This document shows, piece by piece, positions 40,852 to 48,406 of a stretch of DNA of 64,000 nt. This DNA is from Vicinamibacteria bacterium (GTDB lineage: Bacteria > Acidobacteriota > Vicinamibacteria > Marinacidobacterales > Marinacidobacteraceae): the NCBI GenBank assembly GCA_965199715.1, contig OZ241322.1:1184001-1248000 (forward strand), given 5' to 3'. The notes under the pieces were generated by a model, which was given only the letters and a program-made list of their open reading frames with translations, was not told where the DNA came from and made no database searches. The first letter of the stretch is position 1. Each line of letters opens with the position of its first letter. The translations under genes were made by a program, and so were the position numbers.

Positions 40852-42101
40852 CACCAGCCGTCCGGAACCCGCTGGCCGAACACGTTGTACCCGCGTTCCC
40901 GGTCGAACACCTCGACGCCGTCCACGAAGACCCGCATGACGAGGTTCTCGTACGCGAGCGGATCCTCGCCGGCGACGATCACGACGTCCGCATCCATCCC
41001 CGGCTCGAGCGCGCCGATGCGGTCCTCGACCGAGAACAGCCGCGCCCCGCTCCAGGTGAGTCCCCGCAGCGCGTCGGCCGGAGACATGCCGCGGCGCACG
41101 AACATCGCCGCGGTGTGGCGCAGGAAGTACTGGTGGCCGTCGGGGTGGTCCTGATGGAACGCCGCGACCCCGCCCATTTCGGCGAGGCGCACCGGCCCCA
41201 TCAGCTCGTCGCTCTCGCGGCTGTCGAAGGGGAGGATCGGACCGAAGCTGACCCCGATGTTCTCCCGATGCATCTCCTCGGCGTGTTGGAGGGTGGCGCC
41301 GCCGTGGTGGACGTAGAGATCGAGGTCGAAGAGCTTCTTGAGCTCGATGGCGTACCCCATCTGTTCCACGTCGTTGGAGTGGACGCCGACCGGCCACTCC
41401 CGGCGGAGCAGCTTCCCGAAGGCCTCGCGGGTGAGGTCGCGGGGCGGCAGCGGGTTCGCCGGGTCCGCCTCGTGGGCCTCGACCCGGGCGACGTACTCGC
41501 GGCTCGCTTCCAGCTCCGAGCGCAGCAGCTCGAAGACGCCGCGCTCGTCCCGGGGGAAGTTGGGATACGGCGTGGTCGCCCGGATCGCGAACTTCATCCC
41601 GCCGTGCGCCCAGTACATGTTCTCGATGGTCCCGCCGCGCATCTTCACAAGGGCGGCCTGCCCGCTGTTCGGGCTGCGGCTGCCGGGGGTGATGTTCTGG
41701 GTCGTGATCCCGGCGGCGAGCGCGAGCGCGAACGCGGGGTCGCTCGAGTCGAGACCGTCGATCGCCCGGACGTGGGCGTTGATCGGCGACGAGAGCTCGT
41801 TGTTGTTGCTCCCGGTGCCGGGCAGGTTGAGCTGCTTGAAGCCCATGTGGGAATGGGACTCGACGATTCCGGGGATCACGCTCATTCCCGTCGCGTCCAC
41901 GACCGTCGCTCCGGGAGGGATCGGAACGTCCGCGCCGACGGCCTCGATCTTGCCGTCGCGGAACACCACGACGCCTTCCGGAATCGGGTCCGAGGTCACC
42001 GGGTACACCGTCCCGCCGACCAGCGCGACGACTCCGGGATCGGACGGGGCCGGACCGCAGCCCGCGAGGAGGATGGCGAGGAGCCAGAACCTCTTGGCCA
42101 T
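40851..42101 (-). CDS. Amidohydrolase family lipoprotein
   Basis: LAGC lipobox, PGIVESHSHMG, HQDHP, GALEPGMDADVV. Confidence 0.88.
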   Translation of the reverse strand: MAKRFWLLAILLAGCGPAPSDPGVVALVGGTVYPVTSDPIPEGVVVFRDGKIEAVGADVPIPPGATVVDATGMSVIPGIVESHSHMGFKQLNLPGTGSNNNELSSPINAHVRAIDGLDSSDPAFALALAAGITTQNITPGSRSPNSGQAALVKMRGGTIENMYWAHGGMKFAIRATTPYPNFPRDERGVFELLRSELEASREYVARVEAHEADPANPLPPRDLTREAFGKLLRREWPVGVHSNDVEQMGYAIELKKLFDLDLYVHHGGATLQHAEEMHRENIGVSFGPILPFDSRESDELMGPVRLAEMGGVAAFHQDHPDGHQYFLRHTAAMFVRRGMSPADALRGLTWSGARLFSVEDRIGALEPGMDADVVIVAGEDPLAYENLVMRVFVDGVEVFDRERGYNVFGQRVPDGW

Positions 42102-42113
42102 GCGAGTCCGATT

Positions 42114-42944
42114 CTACGGGAACTCGGGGTTCGCGAAGGCGAGGCGCTCGGCCATCACGCGCACGGCCTCGGGATTTTGGTCCACGAGGACCGCGTTCCG
42201 GCCCGTGCGGACCGCCGCCTCGCCGGCGGTTCCGCTCCCGGCGAAGAAGTCGAGCACGTTCTCGCCGGGATTCGTGTGCACCCGGACGATGCGGTTCAGG
42301 ATCGCGAGCGGCTTCTGGGTCGGATACCCGGTGCGCTCCTTCCCGGTGGGGCTCACGATCGTCCGCCACCAGACGTCCGTCGGGACCTTGCCCCGCTGGG
42401 CCTTCTCGGGGCCGACCAGCCTGGGCGCGAGGTACGGGATCCGGTCCGAGTCCTGGAGGCGGAAGGTCCACTTCCTCGGGTCGCGGGTGTACCAGAGGAT
42501 GTTGTCGTGCTTGGGCGACCAGCGGGTCCGCGAGCGCCCTCCGTAGTCGTAGGCCCAGATGATCTCGTTGCGGAAGCAGTCGCGGCCGAATACGCCGTCG
42601 AGCAGCACCTTCACGTAGTGCGCCTCGCGGTAGTCGAGGTGGACGAACAGCGACCCCCGGGGCGTGAGCAGCCGCCGCGCCTCGACCAGACGCGGCTCGA
42701 GGAAGCCGAGGTAGTCGTCGAAGGAGTCGCCGAAGGACGCCGAGTCCCCGGGGATCGTCCGGTAGCGCCGCCCCTCGAACCCGACCCGGTCGCCCTCGGG
42801 GTCGCGGACGGTGCGCACCCGGGTGAGCCGCCGGGTCCGTCCGGTGTGGAACGGCGGATCCAGATAGATCAGCTCGAAGGAGGCGTCCCCGAAGCCGCCG
42901 ATCACCGCGAGATTCTCGCCATGGTGGATTTCGAGGCGCGGCAT
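42114..42944 (-). CDS. Orphan N6-adenine/N4-cytosine DNA methyltransferase (beta-class motif order)
   Basis: LIYLDPPF, NEIIW.Y, YPTQKP, VLDFFAGSGT. Confidence 0.92.
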   Translation of the reverse strand: MPRLEIHHGENLAVIGGFGDASFELIYLDPPFHTGRTRRLTRVRTVRDPEGDRVGFEGRRYRTIPGDSASFGDSFDDYLGFLEPRLVEARRLLTPRGSLFVHLDYREAHYVKVLLDGVFGRDCFRNEIIWAYDYGGRSRTRWSPKHDNILWYTRDPRKWTFRLQDSDRIPYLAPRLVGPEKAQRGKVPTDVWWRTIVSPTGKERTGYPTQKPLAILNRIVRVHTNPGENVLDFFAGSGTAGEAAVRTGRNAVLVDQNPEAVRVMAERLAFANPEFP

Positions 42945-42966
42945 CGGTTCCACCATACTCCCGCCC

Positions 42967-43842
42967 GTGGCGAACTGGGGACGCAGCGCGGGGGCGCTCG
43001 TGAACGTGGACGGGCGAATCGGCCCCGCCGACGAACCGTGGATCAGCCCGATGGACCGGGGGTTTCTCCACGGCGAGGCGGTGTACGAGAACCTGCGGAC
43101 CTACGGCGGCGAGCCGCTCCGGCTCGACGGCCACCTCGACCGGTTGCGGCGGTCGGCGGCGTTCGCCCGGATCGAGGTTCCCGCGGACGACCCCGAGATC
43201 GTCCGGCGCATTCGGGAGACCCACGCGGCGATGGCGGGAGACGGCGAGTCCTCGCTGCGGCTGATCCTCACCGCCGGCCCGCCCGACGGCGCCCCGTCGC
43301 TCGTGATCCTCGTCCGCCGGCTCGCCGCGCTTCCCGAGGATCTGTTCGAGCGCGGGGTCGGAGTCCTGCTCTCCGACTGGGTGCGGGCGGCTCCCGGCGG
43401 GCTTCCGGCGCACGTCAAGACCACGAACCTGCTGGGCGTCCAGTTGGCGGTTCGCGAGGCCGAGGCCCACGGCGCCCACGAGGCGGTGCTGCGCGACTCC
43501 GAAGGCCGGCTCGCCGAGGGCGCGACCTCGAACCTGTTCGTCATCTCGGGCGGCGTCGTCCGGACTCCGGCGGCGGAGGGCGGCCTGCTTCCCGGGATCA
43601 CCCGCGATCTCGCGCTTCAGGCGCTCGCCGACCTCGGGATCCCCTTCGAGGAGGCCCGCCTTCTCGGCGGCGCGCTCGAAGCCGCCGACGAGGCGTTCCT
43701 GACCTCGTCGTCGCGGGAAGTCCTGCCGGTGGTCTGGTGGGTCCGTCCCGACGGAACCCGCGGCGACGTGGGCGACGGCCGGCCCGGCCCGCTGTCGCGG
43801 CGGACGCTCGCCGGCTACCGTCGGGCGCTCGCCGCCCGATGA
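42967..43842 (+). CDS. Class IV aminotransferase (IlvE/PabC-like)
   Basis: DRGFLHGEAVYE, HVKT.N, EGATSNLF, LPGITR, ADEAFLTSS. Confidence 0.9.
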   Translation: MANWGRSAGALVNVDGRIGPADEPWISPMDRGFLHGEAVYENLRTYGGEPLRLDGHLDRLRRSAAFARIEVPADDPEIVRRIRETHAAMAGDGESSLRLILTAGPPDGAPSLVILVRRLAALPEDLFERGVGVLLSDWVRAAPGGLPAHVKTTNLLGVQLAVREAEAHGAHEAVLRDSEGRLAEGATSNLFVISGGVVRTPAAEGGLLPGITRDLALQALADLGIPFEEARLLGGALEAADEAFLTSSSREVLPVVWWVRPDGTRGDVGDGRPGPLSRRTLAGYRRALAAR

Positions 43843-43858
43843 TAGGTTCCGAACCCGG

Positions 43859-46084
43859 ATGAACGCGACCCGCCTCGCACTGGCCGTCATCCCTTGGGTT
43901 CCGGGCGCGGCCGCGGCGCAGGTGGACTTCGAGACCGCCCGGCTCGACAAGCGCATTCCGGCGGTGCGGGCGACGGGCCCGATCCAGATCGACGGCATCC
44001 TCTCGGACGAGGAGTGGGCCGGGGCTCCCGTCGCCACCGACTTCGTGCAGGGCAACCCCGACGAAGGCATGCCCGCGACCTACCGCACCGAAGTCCGGGT
44101 CCTCCACGACGACGAGTTCCTCTATTTCGGGGCGATGGCCCACGACGACGGCGCGGTGATCGTGAACGACCTGACCCGCGACTTCGCCACGCGGGCCGGG
44201 GACGTCTTCGGGGTCGTCATCGATACGTTCCACGACCGGCGCAACGGCTACATGTTCGAGACGAATCCGGCCGGGGCCAAGTTCGACGGGCAGGTCTTCA
44301 ACGAGGGCCGCGAGTTCAACCGGGACTGGGACGGCGTGTGGAGCGTGCGGACGAGGACCGTGCCCGGCGGCTGGGCGATCGAGATGGCCATCCCGTTCAA
44401 GACGCTCCGCTTCCGGGACAGCGACCGCCAGACGTGGGGCCTCAATTTCCTCCGCCGCGTGCGGCGGATGAACGAGGACTCGTTCTGGGCCCCGATCCCG
44501 CGCTTCTTCAACTTCGCCCGCATCTCGTACTCCGGCACCCTCGAGGACCTCGCCGGACTCACGCCGTCGGGTCGGATCAAGGTGACTCCGTACGTCGGCG
44601 GGAATCTGAGCCAGCCCGGGGACGCCGACCTGGAGGCGGGAGCGGACGCCGGGTTGGACGCCAAGCTGCTCATCGGGTCCGCCATGAACCTCGACCTGAC
44701 GGCGAACACCGACTTCTCGCAGGTCGAGGCCGACATCCAGCAGGTGAACCTGACCCGGTTCAACCTGTTCTTTCCCGAGAAGCGGGACTTCTTCATCGAG
44801 AACTCGGGGATCTTCCGGTTCGGATCGCCGTCCGACTCCCGGATCAACCGGTTTCAGGCGGATTTCGGGCGGGCGTTCAACCCGTCGGTGCTGCGCGCCA
44901 GCCAGAGCCGGGGGGACGACCTCTACCTCTTCTTCAGCCGGCGCATCGGACTCTCGCCCGACGGGGCGCCGATCCCGGTGCTCGGAGGCGGACGGCTCAC
45001 CGGCCGGGCCGGCGGCTGGGAGCTGGGGCTCCTGAACATCCAGACCGGGACCGGGGACACCGCCGAGTTCCAGCAGAACTTCGGGGCGGCGAGAGTGCGC
45101 CGCAACGTCGGCCAGAACTCGGACGTCGGGGCGATCTTCCTGAACCGGGAGACCGGCGGGGGAAGCGACGACTTCCACCGCTCGGTCGGCGCGGACGCGA
45201 ATTTCCGGGTCACCCCCGAGTTCGAGATCAACTCGTTCTGGGCGCGGACGATGGGGCCGGAGCGGACCGGCAACCAACACGCCGGGCGGATCGCCGGGAG
45301 CTACGACGGTCGGTTCTGGCAGGTTCGGGGGGCGTGGTCGATTCTCGGCGAGGACTTCAACCCGGAGATGGGGTTCGCGCCGCGGCTCGGGATCCAGCGC
45401 GTCTTCGGCTACCTCGGCTACTACCTGCGCCCCGCCCGCTACGCGAGTTGGCTGCGGGAGATCCACCCGCACGTCGAGTTCAACAACTTCGTGAACGAAC
45501 GGGGCGAACTCGTCAGCCGCTACGCGAACGCCCACGTCTCGTTCCGGGGCCAGACCGGCGTGCTGCTCGAGGTCGGCTACGACAACAGCGTGGAGAACAC
45601 CTTCGAACCGTTCCTCATCCACCCGACCACCGAGGTGCTCCCCGGGGAGTCGCGCTACGGCGAGTGGTTCGTGATGTGGTTCTCGAACCCGTCGCGCCCG
45701 CTCTCGCTGAACGGGCGGTACGACCACGGGGAGTTCTACTCGGGGACGAGGCGGGCCCTCAACCTGAGCGGCGTGGTCAAGGCGGCGCGGCGGCTGACCG
45801 CGTTCGTCGGCTGGACCAGAAACGACATCGAGCTTCGGGAGGGCGCCTTCGTCACCGACCTCCTTACCGCGCGCCTGACGTGGAGCTTCACGACCAGCAT
45901 GTTCCTGAACGCGCTGATTCAATACAACAGCGTCACCGACGACTGGAGCTCGAACGTCCGCTTCAACCTCATCCACCGCCCGCTCTCGGACTTCTTCCTC
46001 GTGCTGAACGACCGCCGGGATCCGATGGGGCGGCGGCTCGACCGGGCGCTCACCGCCAAGTACACGCACCTTCTCGATTTCTAG
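43859..46084 (+). CDS. Secreted CBM9-like/DUF5916-type outer-membrane protein
   Basis: IDG.L...EW, W.IEMAIPFKTLRF, NTDFSQVEAD, NLTRFNLFFPEKR.FF.E, FFSRRIG; C-terminal F. Confidence 0.85.
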   Translation: MNATRLALAVIPWVPGAAAAQVDFETARLDKRIPAVRATGPIQIDGILSDEEWAGAPVATDFVQGNPDEGMPATYRTEVRVLHDDEFLYFGAMAHDDGAVIVNDLTRDFATRAGDVFGVVIDTFHDRRNGYMFETNPAGAKFDGQVFNEGREFNRDWDGVWSVRTRTVPGGWAIEMAIPFKTLRFRDSDRQTWGLNFLRRVRRMNEDSFWAPIPRFFNFARISYSGTLEDLAGLTPSGRIKVTPYVGGNLSQPGDADLEAGADAGLDAKLLIGSAMNLDLTANTDFSQVEADIQQVNLTRFNLFFPEKRDFFIENSGIFRFGSPSDSRINRFQADFGRAFNPSVLRASQSRGDDLYLFFSRRIGLSPDGAPIPVLGGGRLTGRAGGWELGLLNIQTGTGDTAEFQQNFGAARVRRNVGQNSDVGAIFLNRETGGGSDDFHRSVGADANFRVTPEFEINSFWARTMGPERTGNQHAGRIAGSYDGRFWQVRGAWSILGEDFNPEMGFAPRLGIQRVFGYLGYYLRPARYASWLREIHPHVEFNNFVNERGELVSRYANAHVSFRGQTGVLLEVGYDNSVENTFEPFLIHPTTEVLPGESRYGEWFVMWFSNPSRPLSLNGRYDHGEFYSGTRRALNLSGVVKAARRLTAFVGWTRNDIELREGAFVTDLLTARLTWSFTTSMFLNALIQYNSVTDDWSSNVRFNLIHRPLSDFFLVLNDRRDPMGRRLDRALTAKYTHLLDF

Positions 46085-46112
46085 ACATCCCCACCCAAGG
46101 AGGGATAGGGAC

Positions 46113-46487
46113 ATGAAACAGATTCTCAGCGGACAGAAGGAGAACGCCTATGCGCTTCTCCGGATCGTCTCCGGCTTCCTGTTCTTCTGCCACGGCGCGC
46201 AGAAGCTCTTCGGCGTCATGGGCGGCGAGGTGCGCGAGATGTTCTCGCTCATCTGGATCGCGGGCGTCGTCGAGTTCGTCGCCGGGCTCATGCTCATCGT
46301 GGGCTTCATGGCCGGGTTCGCAGCGTTCCTGTCCTCGGGCCAGATGCTCGTCGCGTACTTCATGGCGCACGCCGGGCAGGCGCTGTGGCCGATCCAGAAC
46401 CGGGGCGAGCTCGCGCTCCTCTACTGCTTCCTGTTCCTCTTCATGATGATGAAGGGCGCGGGCAAGTGGAGCGTGGACAACCGCTGA
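46113..46487 (+). CDS. DoxX family membrane protein
   Basis: LLRIVSGFLFFCHGAQKLFG, SGQMLVAYF, N.GELA.LYCF, GAGKWSVD. Confidence 0.9.
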   Translation: MKQILSGQKENAYALLRIVSGFLFFCHGAQKLFGVMGGEVREMFSLIWIAGVVEFVAGLMLIVGFMAGFAAFLSSGQMLVAYFMAHAGQALWPIQNRGELALLYCFLFLFMMMKGAGKWSVDNR

Positions 46488-46496
46488 CCGATCCCT

Positions 46497-46554
46497 CCGG
46501 GGCGTCCTGCGGGGCGCCCCGGGCTACGATGGGGGATGGTTTAACCCGTCCCCA
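46497..46554. repeat. Two adjacent GC-rich hairpins (terminator- or REP-like) after doxX
   Basis: ccggggcgtcc-tgcg-gggcgccccgg and ggggatgg-tttaac-ccgtcccc. Confidence 0.6.
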
Positions 46555-46587
46555 GCGCCGTGGGAGCGTCTCGTCGCCGCAGCCCGG

Positions 46588-46770
46588 TTGCGCGGCGCGA
46601 CCGCCGGGGCCCTGCTCCACGAGCTGCCGGACGCGCACTGCCGGCCGGGGATTTCCCGGGAAGTCATGGAGCGCGCCATGGCTGCCGTGGGAGGGCTCCG
46701 GTCGGGGGACGGAAGACTGGCCGACAGCCACGACGACGAGTTCGCGCTCGCCGTCGAGGAACGATGGAAT
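46588..46770 (+). pseudogene. Orphan duplicate of the antitoxin C-terminal half
   Basis: LLHELPDAHCRPGISRE...HDDEFALAVEERW matches LLAEMLDAHCRPGISRE...HDEEFALAVEERW at about 47040-47200. Confidence 0.8.
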
Positions 46771-46780
46771 CGACGAGAAT

Positions 46781-46797
46781 ATGGCCATGGCTATAAT
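46781..46797 (+). promoter_or_regulatory. -10 box TATAAT with an adjacent palindrome ATGGCCAT (candidate antitoxin operator); leaderless arrangement
   Basis: atggccatggctataat, 6 nt before ATG 46804. Confidence 0.6.
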
Positions 46798-46803
46798 CGC
46801 CGG

Positions 46804-47205
46804 ATGCGCACCCTCCCCGCCGGAAAATTCAAGGATGTCTGCCTGAAGGTCCTGGACGAGGTTCATTCCGACCGAAATCCAATTCTCATCACCAAGTGGG
46901 GCCGTCCGGTCGCGCGGCTCGTGCCCGCAGGTCACTCCGAAATGGTCGGCGAGCCGGTCGCGACCGTGACCGCGGACCCGGTCGAGACGGCGCAGGAGCG
47001 GTTGCGAGTGGCCGCCGGCGTGCGCGGAACGACCCCGGACGCGCTCCTGGCCGAGATGCTGGACGCCCACTGCCGGCCCGGAATTTCTCGGGAGGACGCA
47101 CAAGCGCTCCTCTCGGTCGTGGGTTGCGTCAGTTCGCGAGTCGGGAACCTGTCCGAGAACCACGACGAGGAATTCGCGCTCGCTGTCGAGGAGCGGTGGA
47201 AGTGA
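46804..47205 (+). CDS. Phd/YefM antitoxin fused to an RHH/VapB-like C-terminal part
   Basis: MRTLPAGKFKDVCLKVLDEV....PILITKWGRPVARLVP is a canonical Phd head; stop overlaps the toxin GTG. Confidence 0.85.
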   Translation: MRTLPAGKFKDVCLKVLDEVHSDRNPILITKWGRPVARLVPAGHSEMVGEPVATVTADPVETAQERLRVAAGVRGTTPDALLAEMLDAHCRPGISREDAQALLSVVGCVSSRVGNLSENHDEEFALAVEERWK

Positions 47206-47651
47206 GCCTTCCGATTTTCGTGGACGCGTCGGCGTTCGTCGCGCTGCTGGACGACAGCGACGAACGGCATTCCCTCGCCGGGCGCATCTGGCGGGAATTG
47301 GTCGCGGGGACGTTCGCCGGAACCCGGACTCTCGTTTCGCACCACCCTGTCGTCGTCGAGACCAGCGCCCTCCTGGCTCGCCGATGCGCGTTCGAGGCGC
47401 AGCGCGCGCTGTTCCACACGCTCTTGCCGCGACTTCAGGTCGTGTACGTCACCGAGGAACTGCACGTCCGAGCGAGCTCGGCCTACCTCGCCGCGTCCCG
47501 GCGGCGGCTGTCCTTCACCGACTGCCTCTCGTTCGAGGTGATGCGCTCCGAACGCATCCGGCACGCCTTCGCATGGGACCGTCACTTCGCCGAGCAGGGG
47601 TTCCCATCCCCCCCCGAGATGGCCGCTCAGTCGGGCAGCGTCCCCGAATAG
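47202..47651 (+). CDS. vapC: VapC PIN-domain toxin
   Basis: IFVDASAFVAL...D..H, VVVET, LSFTDCLSFEVM, AFAWDRHF...GF. Confidence 0.9.
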   Translation: MSLPIFVDASAFVALLDDSDERHSLAGRIWRELVAGTFAGTRTLVSHHPVVVETSALLARRCAFEAQRALFHTLLPRLQVVYVTEELHVRASSAYLAASRRRLSFTDCLSFEVMRSERIRHAFAWDRHFAEQGFPSPPEMAAQSGSVPE

Positions 47652-48406
47652 ACGCGGGTCACCGGCCCCTCCATCACCGGGCGCTCCCCGGCGAGATCGA
47701 TCCGGACCACGTCGCCGCTCGCCATCCGGACCGGAACCGCGGCGGGTCTTCCGAAGAAGCGCCGCGCGACGGTCGCCGCCGCCGTCGCCCCCGTCCCGCA
47801 CGCGAGCGATTCGGCCTCGACCCCGCGCTCCCACGTCCGCATCCGCAGTTCGTCGTCGCGGAACTCGACGAAGTTCGCGTTCGCGCCCGCCGGAAACTCC
47901 GCATGCCAGCGGATCGCCCGGCCTCGGGTCGCGACGTCCACCGCCGCGACGTCGGACACGATCTCGATGGAGTGCGGCACGCCCACCTCCAGCGCGAAGA
48001 GCTCCGCCGGCGGCTCGTCGAGCCGCAGCCGGCGGATCGCCCCGGGCCGGGGCGTCACGACCCGGACCCCATCGGGGACGATCTCGGCGGACAGCGACCC
48101 GGCCGGGGTCAGGATCGTCTGGCGGTCGCCCGCGGCCCCGATCTCCCGCGCGAACGCCGCCGCGCAGCGCGTCCCGTTGCCGCAGAGCTCGCCTTCGCTG
48201 CCGTCGGCGTTGAAGTATCGCATCCGGTAGTCCGCCCCCTCCGCCGGCGGCTCGATCAGGATCAGCCCGTCGGCGCCCACCGCGAGCCGCCGGCGGGCCA
48301 CCCGGCGGGCGAACCCGGCCTTGGCCGCCTCGTCGAGCGTTCCGGCGCGGTTGTCGATGAGCACGAAGTCGTTCCCCGCGCCGTGCATCTTGACGAACGG
48401 GATCAC
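47627..48406 (-). CDS. dapF: Diaminopimelate epimerase
   Basis: FVKMHGAGNDF, GADG, NADGS...CGNG.RC, ERGVE.ESLACGTGA. Confidence 0.95.
   Translation of the reverse strand: MIPFVKMHGAGNDFVLIDNRAGTLDEAAKAGFARRVARRRLAVGADGLILIEPPAEGADYRMRYFNADGSEGELCGNGTRCAAAFAREIGAAGDRQTILTPAGSLSAEIVPDGVRVVTPRPGAIRRLRLDEPPAELFALEVGVPHSIEIVSDVAAVDVATRGRAIRWHAEFPAGANANFVEFRDDELRMRTWERGVEAESLACGTGATAAATVARRFFGRPAAVPVRMASGDVVRIDLAGERPVMEGPVTRVYSGTLPD

Noticed and set aside
39742-44070. Very long ORF-track entries (1442 aa here, also 881-3010, 23505-26234, 48574-52248)
   Set aside because: These are shadow or antisense frames left open by high GC; Arg/Pro/Gly-rich and overlapping well-supported genes. Only the motif-bearing terminal parts were kept, where present
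46588-47205. A single 205-aa antitoxin starting at TTG 46588
   Set aside because: No RBS or promoter at 46588, whereas a TATAAT box sits 6 nt before the Phd-initiating ATG 46804; the upstream part was treated as a remnant
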